NCBI GenBank assembly: GCA_012295275.1 | Contig: CM022679.1 | Coordinates: 29,326,001 to 29,390,000, forward strand | DNA: 64,000 bases | From: Chrysomallon squamiferum | Taxonomy: Eukaryota > Animalia > Mollusca | Direction: 5' to 3' | Shown here: one piece after another, positions 1 to 31,760 of the stretch | Layout: each line of letters opens with the position of its first letter | How positions within the stretch are numbered: the first letter of the stretch is position 1 | Notes under the pieces: model-generated | Seen by the model: only the letters and a program-made list of their open reading frames with translations | The model's database searches: none | Told to the model about the DNA's origin: nothing | Program-made: the position numbers and the translations under genes

Positions 1-202
1 CAATTTGATTATTTCCCATTCAGTTGCGACTTACTGTCGATCATCACTGACCTTCATTGGGGTTTCTATCCGTCTAAATCGTCGCTTTTTGTCTTTAGCA
101 AAAAGAATCCATGTTAATCACTGGTTTGTGCTCGACTTCCAATAATAACGTGTCAGTTTAAGCTGATTTCTGTTTCTTATTTTCAGACTGCTAAACATTT
201 TC

Positions 203-19126
<18,924 letters not shown>

Positions 19127-19430
19127 GTTTGAACATCAGTATTTCTAATGTCGGCAATGATATCAAAAAGAAAACTGAAACTAAAATCTTCAGACTTGAG
19201 AAACTTGTACGTGAAATTTAACGAAATTTGTTTTTCTGTTTGCACTCACCGAGGTATCAATCATGCTACTCTTGATTTTGATGCTAATGTAAATACAATT
19301 TTTTTCTTTCGCTAATGTTATTGTATTTGATATGTTCTTGTGTAATGGTTATTTCTTTACTTTTATTAATTTTAAATTTTTGTTACTATTAATTGGTTTT
19401 TGTTTTGTTATTTTGTCCTCATTAAGTAAG

Positions 19431-19436
19431 AATAAA
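19431..19436 (+). terminator. Candidate FASN polyadenylation signal
   Basis: AATAAA ~300 nt after the stop; alternatives near 19596 and 20779, so the 3' end is uncertain. Confidence 0.4.
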
Positions 19437-22400
19437 GTTGCTTTGTAACAGAAGGTGTACACTGAAATTACAGTAGATGGTAACTTACTTACATTACTTT
19501 TTAATAATACTCTATACAGTTCAATACTTTAATATTAATGATTAGAACAATATTTTACATATTTATATGGTATTATTTTTCCCACCTTATACAAAAATAA
19601 AATATTTAACAGGTCCTTCTATATTCCATTTACTTCAACATCAAAAGTTATTTTGACGTTTCATTGGTTTGAATAGTTATCTTGTTTGTTCCTTTGTATT
19701 ATTTGAGCATGTTCTTTGTTTTGTTTTGTTTATGCTTTTTATTTTGTTGTTTTGTTTAATATAGAAATCTGACACATTCTCTTTTTAATATACAGAGATA
19801 TTAATCCACATAATGATATATTTTTCTGACATTTTACTTCAGTGTCAAATCGGGCAGTTTGCGTAATAACCACTGTGATAGTTAACTAACACGAAATGAC
19901 ATTCCATAACTGAATTTGCAGTACAAGCATCTTATTTCTATACTTAGCACAACACAAACTGATCTGTTTATCTTTCTAATATATTTTAAGGTGCAATACT
20001 CTTTTGTGTCTCTTTAGTTTTTGCTTCATTAAATCATTTTTGTTTGATTACCCATGACAGTTACTAGTGCTGCTTTTATTATTTTCTGTCAAATAACAAT
20101 GATACAAGCTACTGATCACAGTATGCATGCAATATATATATATATAAATTTTTAAAAACTAAAAACAAATAACTATATCCAGCGCACACAGCATTTACTA
20201 AAACTGTTAAATATATATATATATATATATATAGCATAAAATAAAATGGTAACCAACGCACACTAATAATTTATTAGTTTACAAAAATACTTTACTCTCA
20301 AAGTTCAAAAATAATCATAATACTAAAAGTGCATTTAATTTTATATTAATTTAATGGGGTTTTTTGGTTTTTGATTACTTTATTTTTCCAGAATAATTTA
20401 CTTACCATGTTTCAGATATTTTGTGCTGAAAGTGATACGATACCAGTGAATTGTGTTTGTAACATACAAGAATTTACCCAGTGAAAATAATTAGTTTATG
20501 TTACTGTTAATCTTTTTGTTATAGATTTATCTTTTTACATTGATAATATTTTGTGTTGTGTTTTGTTGTGGTATTGTAATATTTTTTTTCTTTTCAAAGA
20601 GGATAAATATATATAAATTCTGTTTTGAAAAAGCTTCATGTCAAATAGCTGACCAAACAAAGACCAGACTAATTTTAAAATAACTAAAATTCTGCTTATG
20701 AAAGTTTGATTCATTTTTATAAATTTGAAGTAATTAATGATGCAAAAACTTTATCAAAAGTTTAAATTATTTGAACTGAATAAAAAGATTATATATTTTA
20801 AAAGGTATACTGTCAATTTTTACAATTAATAGATTTGTAGATCTTCCTCTGTTGTGAATTTGTTAAATGTTGTTTGGAAAAAAAAAAAAAAAATTAAAAA
20901 AAAAAAAAAATTGCTCTTTGTTCTATATTTAGTTTAAAACATGAATATATACTTGTGAATATTTAGCCTTATGAACAATATCTCTTGTCACTGAGACGAG
21001 GTACAGTGCCAAGATACCAGAAATTTTACTGTAATGAAGGCATCAAACCACAAAGATGAAAATAATATTAGGAAACGGTTCCTTAATTTCAGACAAGGAA
21101 AGCTATACCATTCTCATAGTAGCTGCACATACCAAGATGGTGGGATTTAAATATAAAGTGAAAAATGACCAATATGAATTAGAGTAAAATATACCCAAGT
21201 ACCTGATATTTATTTATTAAAATTATTATTATTATTTTTTTTTTTTTTTTTTTTGACTAAAACAAAATATTTTAACAGATTTCTATGGAAAAAAATGAAC
21301 AAATTAAATCGAAATAAGTGTAGATGCTAGATTGAGCACCATACTTTTATCTTCGCGCTCAGATTTGGGATGATGGGGATAGCATGTAAAAATGTGAAAT
21401 TGTATTATCCTTGCCCAGTAGCATTCTGTATAGGTCAGTATTTCACACTTGTTTTTCCTATGGCCAAGATATTAAAATAATAATAAATAGTTCAAATTCC
21501 ACTTTCATCTGCACACACTATGGATTTTGGTACACTCTCCTAGCTTGGCTAATAAGATTGGTTAACATCAAAACATTTCATAATCATAGCTACCCTGTGA
21601 TAAACACAAGCATCATCTACACAAACTATTCTTGTGTTATTTCTTTCAGGTAAGTCTGTCAAATATTGTTTTTAAATAATTACATATTCAGAATGTGTTA
21701 TATATAAAGTATTAATGTCCTATTTCTTTTAGTTAAATCTAGATCCATATTGCTCCATATAAGATGATGATGATGATAATAAATGAAGAAAATAACCGAG
21801 ATTAAACACGCTTGGGGCACGACTGATAAATTTCTTTAATATACAATAACAAAATATCAGTATGTTCACAGGAAGGAAATTTTATTTCTAAATAGAACAT
21901 CTGTGGAAGTTATAGAAAACATAAGGAATGTACTGAAGACGACAGCAAGTATCAAACTAAAAACGCACAAGAAAACGTTAATCTATATCTTTTGTTCACC
22001 TGAAAACTGACTAAATGATTGAGCAAACAATAATAGGCACGAAAAAAATGTTTTTGAATTTTACATTTTACACACACATATATATATATATTCGGAATTC
22101 GAAACATAAGACGTGGGTTTTAGTGCGGCAGGGAGCGGTAATTTTATGTGGCTTAATTAAAAAACAAAAATAAAAAATTCTTTATTTCATACATTTCCTC
22201 CATAAACACCAACCCACACATTTCAGAAAAAGCCCGGTCAATCAAATTCGTCTTCATAGTGATAACAAAGAGAGAAAATATTTTTTTCTTATAAAAAGTG
22301 ACAGTATATCGTACTAAATGTTGTCAACCTTTCAAACGAAACAGAATGTTTCGGCCTTGGAGTATCGATTTGATCACCGGCTTCGCACATGCGTACATAT

Positions 22401-22448
22401 TTTGTCATCTGCTTCATTTCCGTCAACACATCACAACAGACTGCGAAA

Positions 22449-23653
22449 ATGGAATATGAAATGGAAGAAGATAAATTGTGAGTATATACATATATATATA
22501 TATATATCGATTCACTGTATATCTGGATGTGGAAAATATCTGCTATATAAAAATTGATGTATTTGTTTTTTCTGATTTGTTTATTGAAATCCAAATTGAA
22601 ATGTCTGACATGATGATAAAGATCATGATGGCGACTTTTCCTTCTTTCAGTGATCAATATACGGTAAAACTGATAGAAATCGATTTAATATATTTGGCCA
22701 GTACTAGTAATAGTTTCGTTGAAGTGTTTAGAATACAGAGAAATGTATGTACATATACTTTCGTTTCGTTTGTGACTAACATATTCCGGAAGTACAGAAG
22801 AATGCATATTCAACAATTCGTCAGATGTTACATTAATTCATTGAAACGAATCACCGAAGTACGTACAGTTTATAGTGCATTATCACGTGATTATTACAGC
22901 TGTGACATTTCAAGCTTGCCTACGTGTCTCCGAGAGTTACAATTAGCTTACTAATATTTGTATTATCTTAAATGTTACTGTTCAAACAAATTTCAACCAA
23001 ATTCACACTTGTGGCTTTGCATTGTACTCGTAAGTTACTTTGTGGAGTGTTTGGTGGATATAAAATATAAACTGATTTGAGTGTGTATGTGTACAACAGC
23101 TCATGAGTGGTAGTGATTCAGATTTGGATCCATACGAGTACGCATTACTGCCCACAATGGATCCAGATGAATTGTTTTCAGATCATAACAAACATGTCTT
23201 GCTACCATGGGAGGACCCAATGTAAGTAATGTGACTTTCCTTGGGTAGGTTGAGCATGACATATTATAATACTGTCAAACTGTCAATACACTGACACGGA
23301 AATACAGTTTACCATGAAATGAATTATAGTTGACCTGGAAGATATTTTATTTATTTATTTTTAAATTTGGTTGAGTCATGGTTTTTACTGCAACCAGACA
23401 AAAACAAATGACAAAAAGAAAAGTGAAAAAGCAATTCATGCATGGACATGAAATGAATTATATTTGCAGTGGCAAAAATCTTCCTCTTATTTTTTTATTA
23501 TTTTTTTTTAAGATTCTGTTGAATCATGGCTTTCATTGCTTTCATGTTTAATTTTGTAATTTTTTTATTATTATTTTTTTGATGTTTTGATTATTAAGTA
23601 AAAAAATAAATTTTTATTATTTTATTTTATTTTTAAATTTGTTAATTTGCTGC

Positions 23654-23720
<67 letters not shown>

Positions 23721-26700
23721 AGGGGGATGACAGTGACATCAGGCAGTGTCACCCTGAAGAAGGACTCGCAGAATCTGATTGGAATCAGTATTGGGGGTGG
23801 TGCACCTCTCTGCCCCTGTCTGTATGTTGTACAGGTGTTTGACAACACCCCAGCAGCTAAGGAGGGGTCACTGGCCGCTGGTGATGAAATTGTCGGGGTT
23901 AATGGACAGTCAGTGAAAGGCAGAACAAAAGTAGAGGTGGCACGATTTATTCAGGCAGTCAAGGTAACAGAAATAACAAAATTGTATTCACTAAATAACG
24001 CTGTAAATTTGATTTACATCTTTGTTTAATAATTCTGATAGACTTATTTCTGATTTTCTTCAAAATATGCTTCAAATGGACATTTAAGTAAATAATTTTA
24101 AAAAAAACCAACAAAAAACCCCCAAAGAAACCAACCTTTTATTTTATTTATTTATTCTTTTTTCTTAAATTCTTTTAGAAAGTGAAAGGAATATTACATT
24201 ATTTGTTTGTGTCATCATCATCAGTGTAATATTTATAAAAATATATGCTGTCTTAATAAGTATGTTCTGTGATTTTTAAGAGATTGTAACTTGATATTTT
24301 CAGGTTGAGGTAACTATTAATTACAACAAGCTTCATGCAGATCCTAAACAAGGAAAAAGTTTAGACATAGGTATGACAGCCTTTTATTTCTGGCAGTAAT
24401 TATAATTACATATTATCTGACAGGTTAATGTTTCAGTTTCTGTCAGGTTCTGTCTGTTTTTCAAGGCTCAATAAAACATTAAATAACAAACAATATCTGA
24501 TTTATTTAGTTGTTAATAATAGTCATCATTCTTCTCCATGACCTCTTTCCATTTGTCATTGAGCTTTAACACATTTCGTATACTTCTCCAGTTATTTATT
24601 TTTGTTGTTTTTTCAAACTTTTTTATTTCAGTTAATAGAAATTAAAAAAAATTTGTGACAAACTAAAACAAATATGGAACAGAGTATTTCCTCAGCATGT
24701 TTGCACATTTCTTCTTCTTTTTTAATTTTTTATTTGTCATGGGAAAATGAAAATTTGTGTTTAATTAACAGGTAGTAAATAAATACTCATATATTCAAAT
24801 GTACACATACATACACAAAACACGCACACACACATACACACACATACATATTTCTACCTACCTAATTATATATATGTGCAAATTATGTTTTAATCTTTCT
24901 CTTTTTCTTCAACTTCCCCTCTCAAGCACAGTAGTCAGTTTTGATTGTTGTTTCAGTTCTGAAGAAAGTCAAACACAGAGTGGTGGAGTCAATGAGTTCA
25001 AACACTGCTGATGCTCTGGGTTTAAGTCGAGCCATTCTCTGTAACGGTGAGTGCTGTTACACACAGTAACCAGTGTTACATGTTTATTTTTATCAGCGCT
25101 TCGTAGTCACATATTTATCTGGTTATTTCTACACTTCATAAAATCACATCACAAGCCATAAATTGATTAATTGGGTGTCATATTTTATTACTGGATATGT
25201 TGTATTTCTGGAAATATTATTAAAGTGTTTTTTTAATTATTGTATGCCTTACTTGTTACACTGATCACAGTCATGAACATTTTGTGGAAGAAAATAAAAA
25301 AGACAAACAGAACAAAGGTATACTTTGAAACAACTCGGGATAATCATAATGTCTTCAAAAAGAAAATAGAAGAGTGTTAATGAACTGGTTTAAGTTGTTT
25401 ATGCTTCAAGTCAGCTTTCTGGCAAAGAAGTGTAATGTATTTAAGTCTAAAAAATTTCAAGAAGAGTAAGTATACAAAAATGTATCTAACCCTAGTTGGC
25501 AAAGAAAAACAAATGCACAAAAATGTAATTAAGGTTTCTGTTTGCAGTAGTGCAGTTTGTTTATTTTTAACTACTGTAGATGGTTGTATTTTTTGTATAT
25601 TTTTAACTGTTGTAGATGGTCGTATAGTTTGTATATTTTTAACTGTTGTAGATGGTTGTGTATTTTTAACTACTGTAGATGGTTTTATAGTTTGTTTATT
25701 TTTAACTACTGTAGATGGTTGTATAGTTTGAATATTTTTAACTGTTGTAAATGGTTGTATAGTTTGTTTATTTTTAACTGTTGTAGATGGTTGTATAGTT
25801 TGTTTATTTTTAACTACTGTAGATGGTTGTATAGTTTGTTTATTTTTAACTACTGTAGATGGTTGTATAGTTTGAATATTTTTGACTGTTGTAAATGGTT
25901 GTATAGTTTGTTTATTTTTAACTCTTGTAGATGGTTGTATAGTTTGTTTATTTTTAACTCTTGTAGATGGTTGTATGGTTTGTGTATTTTTAACTACTGT
26001 AGATGGTTGTATAGTTTGTTTATTTTTAACTCTTGTAGATGGTTGTATAGTTTGTTTATTTTTAACTACTGTAGATGGTTGTATAGTTTGTTTAATTTTA
26101 ACTGTTGTAAATGGTTGTATCGTTTGTTTATTTTTAACTGTTGTAAATGGTTGTATAGTTTGTTTATTTTTAACTCTTGTAGATGGTTGTATGGTTTGTA
26201 TGGTTTTGTTTTTGTTTTTTTAACTGTTGTAAATGGTTGTATAGTTTGTTTATTTTTTAACTACTGTAAATGGTTGTATAGTTTGTTTATTTTTAACTAC
26301 TGTAAATGGTTGTATGGTTTGTTTATTTTTAACTACTGTAAATGGTTGTATAGTTTGTTTATTTTTAACTACTGTAGATGGTTGTATAGTTTGTTTATTT
26401 TTAACTACTGTAAATGGTTGTATGGTTTGTTTATTTTTAACTACTGTAAATGGTTGTATAGTTTGTTTATTTTTAACTACTGTAAATGGTTGTATAGTTT
26501 GTTTATTTTTAACTACTGTAGATGGTTGTATGGTTTGTTTATTTTTAACTACTGTAAATGGTTGTATAGTTTGTTTATTTTTAACTACTGTAAATGGTTG
26601 TATAGTTTGTTTATTTTTAACTACTGTAGATGGTTGTATAGTTTGTTTATTTTTAACTACTGTAGATGGTTGTATAGTTTGTTTATTTTTAACTACTGTA

Positions 26701-28586
26701 AATGGTTGTATAGTTTGAATATTTTTAACTACTGTAAATGGTTGTATAGTTTGTTTATTTTTAACTCTTGTAAATGGTTGTATAGTTTGTTTATTTTTAA
26801 CTACTGTAAATGGTTGTATGGTTTGTTTATTTTTAACTACTGTAAATGGTTGTATGGTTTGTTTATTTTTAACTACTGTAAATGGTTGTATAGTTTGTTT
26901 ATTTTTAACTACTGTAAATGGTTGTATAGTTTGTTTATTTTTAACTACTGTAGATGGTTGTATAGTTTGTTTATTTTTAACTACTGTAAATGGTTGTATA
27001 GTTTGAATATTTTTAACTACTGTAAATGGTTGTATGGTTTGTTTATTTTTAACTACTGTAAATGGTTGTATAGTTTGTTTATTTTTAACTACTGTAGATG
27101 GTTGTATAGTTTGTGTATTTTTAACTGTTGTAAATGGTTGTATAGTTTGTGTATTTTTAACTGTCGTAGATGGTTGTATAGTTTGTTTATTTTTAACTCT
27201 TGTAGATGGTTGTATAGTTTGTTTATTTTTAACTACTGTAGATGGTTGTATAGTTTGTTTATTTTTAACTACTGTAGATGGTTGTATAGTTTGTGTATTT
27301 TTAACTCTTGTAGATGGTTTGGTTAAGAAGCTGGAAGAACTGGAGAGGTGTGGAGAGATGTATCAGGGAATGATTCTGAACACTCGAAAACTGCTTAAAG
27401 CTAATTTTGATCTGTCGCAGTCACATAAAGGTAATACATGTACTTTCTGTTACATTATTATTTATCACAGCAGAAGAAACAGTGTGTTTCGTGAACTGTA
27501 ATCTGTTCACTGTTCATTGTGATGGGTGGAATATACTTTTAAAAGAAAAGGTTAAATTAAAAAACAAATATTAAGATAAAACATAATTGTGTTTTTGTAG
27601 CATTATGTATGTTATGTAACTCTGATTTTTAAAAAATATTTTGTGTTTTTAAACAGTTGATTTTTGTGATATTTATTTTATTTTTATTTTTTGTGGTAAC
27701 TTTTATATAATACAAGGATGACTAACATAATAAGATACCACAGTATTTAATTTTTGGACTAAACTTACAAAAAGATACAAATTTTAACAATTTAAAAAAA
27801 AAAAAGAACCCTTTGAACCTAGACTGTTAATAATTTCCACCAAAACTTAAAAACATTCACACTCTCGTGTTTTAACTAATAATGCCATGTTCATTATGTG
27901 TTCAGCTAATCAGTTTGTGATCCAAAAATGGATATTGAAAATTTCCTCCAGTTTGCCTGGGTAACTGTGTATATGAGAATATAGTTTTATAGTTTTATCA
28001 GTGATGTTTTTCTAAATGGTGCTAACTGTTTGCAGCGTTTGGTGAGGTGTTTTCTGGGATTGGAGTGAGAGAACCTCAGCCTGCTGCCAGTGAAGCGTTC
28101 TCCATGTTTGGAGAGGCACACAGAAACATGGAGAAGTTTGCTATCAAAATGCTGAAAACTGTCAAACCTGTGAGTTCTGTCATCTGACATGTTGTAAAGC
28201 ATTTAATTAGTGCTTTCAGTGTACATACAAAATATTTAACACAGCCATGTGACGTTTTTGTATATACTTGAAAAAAGCAAAAAAAAACAACAGTGAAATG
28301 TTTAGATATAATTTGGTTAAAGTAAATGTTACAAAACATAAAGCTTTACTAAGCTTTTGCTTGTCGTTGTTAATGCTATGCACACAAGAGATAAGAATTA
28401 TTATGACAAAGTTGCACAGTCAGTTTGTTTTGAGTTCTGAGGTTTTTTTCACCTTTTTTAACAAGACTTATTCAGTTAACTGGCTAACATTTTCTAACAA
28501 CTTTTCAAATAAAAGAATCATTCTGAAATATGATGAATATATTTTGACTGTGCTGTCACAGGTGCATTTAAATAATAATAATAAAA

Positions 28587-28626
<40 letters not shown>

Positions 28627-31502
28627 TAATAATAATAATAATATGAATTTCTTTAAAAATGTATTTAATCTGTTCATTTACATTGTTATCCTTAAACATT
28701 TTACTGTTTACCTTTAATAATAAAAAGTAATAGTGTGGATGTATTCTTCATACTTCCAAGTTGTGTTTTATTTATTTATTTATTTATTTATTTATTTGTT
28801 TGTTTGTTTTGATATCCAGTCTTAAACAACAAGTATTAACAAAAGAATAGTTTAAAAATATCTCAACAGTGCAGTTGTTCAGTAATCTTGATGTCATCAC
28901 CAGCAGAGAATACTGATTTATCTTCTAGCTGTTGGTGTTTAAAAAAAACACCCCCAAAACCCCCAGCTATTACCCTGCCAGACTGTTGTGTGATACATAT
29001 ATAACTCCAGATGTACAGCCTATGTGTGTCTAGTATGTTCTTACATCATGATCCTAGATGCAAAGTGCTAAAATGGCAACATTTGTATCTTTTCTAACAG
29101 CATTGCTTTTCTGTCCTACTGTGTTATGAGCTGTGGCAGTTCACTCAAACAATAAAATACTAATTTGGAAGTGTAAAGAATTTTATCAGACCATTTATCC
29201 ATACAGTTATACTGTAACAGTTACAGAGAATATAAATAATTTTATTAGACCATTTGTCCATACAGATTTACATTGACATAGTTGAGTATGATTGTTTATT
29301 GAACTTGTTATTTCTTACAGATGATCAGTGATTTGAACACTTTCCTGCACAAAGCAGTTCCAGATACCAGACTTACCATTAAGAAATATCTAGATGCAAA
29401 ATTTGAGTATCTTGTAAGTTTTTCCTTATTTAATTTATAATTTCCTGATTTTTTTTTTTTTTTTAAATATTAATTTATGTCCCTGTAAGAAAAGTTATAA
29501 CATTCAGAAAACAAAAACTGTAAAAAATTAATTCTTTATCACTGATCTGTAACCTGTCCTCGATGTAAATCTGCTATTTGCTGCTGCTATTTTTCATTAT
29601 AACAGACTGGAATATCCTATTCTAACCAGAGTCTCTTGATAGTTACATAGTATAGTTACATAGAAGATGCCTGTAAAATGTCTTTTGTGGATTGTCTTTA
29701 ATATAATCATCCTTACACAAAATAAAAAAGTAATATGGGAGTGTACAGGGTGTTTGTTAAGTATCAGTGTGTCTTATTTCGCTGTTGTTACAGTCGTACT
29801 GTCTCAAAGTGAAGGAGATGGATGATGAGGAATACAGCTATGCAGCTCTGCAAGAACCTCTGTATAGAGTGGAGACTGGAAACTATGAATACAGGTGAGA
29901 AATTGACTTTAGCGCAGGTGAGAATAAACTTCAGCAGAGGTGAGAAAAATAATATTAATATAGGTAAAAATAAATTCAGCAGAGATGGAAAATAGAGGTA
30001 AAACTAAATTTGAATAGAAATAAACTTTGACAGGCTTCATACACAACATCACAGTCTCTGTTCTCCTCAGCCTGTCCATAGAGTTCTTTCCCTTGTCAGC
30101 CATGTTTTTCCGAGCTTTCATTTAACTAAACACATCAGAAAGTTTGAAGTTTTATAATATGCAATAGTGACAATATTACTTCTAGTTAAATGTGTAGATA
30201 AATGTCATTCATTCTAGACTGACAAATATTACTATTAGCTAAATGTGTAGATAAATTTCATTTATTCTAGACTGATAAATATTACTATTAGTTAAATGTG
30301 TAGATAAATGTCGTTAATTCTAGACTGATAAATATTAGTTAAATGTTTAGATAAATGTCATTAATTCTAGACTGATAATTATAACTATTAGTTAAATGTG
30401 TAGATAAATGTCATTCATTCTAGACTAATAAATATTACTATTAGTTAAATGTGTAGATAAATGTCATTCATTCTAGACTGATACTGCGTTGTCGTCAGGA
30501 AGCAAGGTCAAGGTTTGCCAAGATGAGATCAGATGTATTGGTTAAAATGGAACTACTAGATCAGAAACATGGTAGGTTTTGTTACTTATTTATTTATTTA
30601 AGATTCAAAAATACGTTTTAAAGTTCAGATCATATCTACAATAAAAGTTTTAAAAAATAATGTGAAAAATTAATTACTGATTAAAGCAGTCCTTTCATGC
30701 TTAAAAAACAGCTGTTTGGGAATTTACTTGAAATCATTTTTATAATAAAATTACTTACTTCATGTTTTGACAATAAAGAAGTTATGAAGTAAAAAACAAA
30801 AATAATAGTAAATAATAATAATAATAACATTAAAGCCAATTTGCATAAGTATATTATTTGTATTAGATGTTTAGATTCAAATAAAACAGATATAAATTCC
30901 TCCTCATTTACTGCAATTGTTTCATACTTTACACCTTAAAATGTTATTTTTAATCTACCAGTTTAGTAATATATAAAAAAAAAAATATTTTTCGTTTGAT
31001 TTTAAAATATGTGAAGAAACTATTAAGAATAAATTATAAATTCAAATGAATAAAATTACTGATTTAAATAAATGTTTTAAAAATATTTCATTCTAGACAC
31101 ACTAATTTAAATTTAAACAAGTATTTTAACAATCTGATATTGTTGTGTTTGTGATGAGTCTTTTTTTAAATATTTCTTTTAACATTTATATTAATATCTT
31201 AAAACATCAAATTTTTATTTTTTATTTTTTTTAACCCAGTACAAGACATAGTGTTCCAGTTACAGAAGTTTGTCACTGCGATGGCCAAATACCACAATGA
31301 CTGCCATGCTGTTATGAAGGAAGCCGTGGTCTTCCCTATAGAGGTCGATCTGTCACGGGGAACATTTACATACGACACCCAAAATCAGTTTAACGATGGA
31401 GAGGAGGATGAGGAGGATGACGATGATGGTGGCGAAGCAGAGCATGATGTAGCTCCTCTTGACATGTCTCCAGACACTGAAAACCTGATTAGCACTGACT
31501 GA
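22449..31502 (+). CDS. PICK1: PRKCA-binding protein PICK1 (PDZ + BAR + acidic tail), 10 coding exons, ~409 aa
   Basis: Exons 22449-22477 (MEYEMEEDKL), 23723-23963 (NLIGISIGGGAPLCPCLYVVQVFDNTPAA), 24304-24370, 24957-25046, 27314-27430, 28036-28169, 29321-29413, 29794-29894, 30477-30571, 31240-31502 (sum 1230 nt, phases consistent). Recognisable PICK1 segments YNKLHADPKQG, ADALGLSRAILCNDGLVK, YCLKVKEMDDEE, VFPIEVDL. Confidence 0.96.
23103..23221 (+). CDS. PICK1: Putative alternative first coding exon of PICK1
   Basis: Open frame MSGSDSDLDPYEYALLPTMDPDELFSDHNKHVLLPWEDP ending in a phase-2 GTAAGT donor that joins exon 23723 in frame; CAG acceptor just before the ATG. Confidence 0.6.
25550..27319 (+). 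repeat. 36-bp minisatellite (~49 copies) built from the PICK1 exon-5 splice acceptor
   Basis: Unit gtatagtttgtttatttttaactactgtag|atggtt; the last copy supplies the real acceptor at 27314. Confidence 0.97.
29891..30010 (+). repeat. Degenerate ~23-bp repeats of the PICK1 exon-8 donor
   Basis: ag|gtgagaa or ag|gtaaaa with GT at 29895 (real), 29918, 29940, 29964, 29998. Confidence 0.7.
30170..30483 (+). repeat. 53-bp minisatellite (6 copies) built from the PICK1 exon-9 acceptor
   Basis: Unit ttagttaaatgtgtagataaatgtcattcattctag|actgataaatattacta; last copy supplies the real acceptor at 30477. Confidence 0.95.
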
Positions 31503-31664
31503 GCTCACTAATCCCACAGCCACACACAACTTGTCACAGACTGAAATCAGACACATCCAGAATTTGTTACAGAGAAATCACAGCACCATGTAATGTATTT
31601 GTTATAAAGAGAGAATGTAAAAACATGACAAAGAGAAAAACACAGCATTCATAAGAATAAAATC

Positions 31665-31760
31665 ACTTTTTACAGTTTTCATCCAGAGAAATCACAACTT
31701 TCATACAGAGAAACCACAACTTTCATACAGAGAAACCACAGTTTTCATGGAGAGAAATTC
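31665..31760. repeat. ~22-bp tandem repeat in PICK1 3' UTR
   Basis: catacagagaaaccacaacttt, about 4 copies. Confidence 0.75.

Noticed and set aside
22289-22954. ORFs around the PICK1 5' end
   Set aside because: No recognisable protein; they overlap the real 29-nt first exon and intron 1.
25550-27319. CRISPR-like array (36-bp repeats)
   Set aside because: Units are contiguous with no unique spacers, there are no cas genes, and the context is a eukaryotic intron.
25557-27326. 589-aa ORF of (LYSLFIFNYCRW)n
   Set aside because: Alternative-frame reading of the 36-bp intronic minisatellite; no supported start or gene context.
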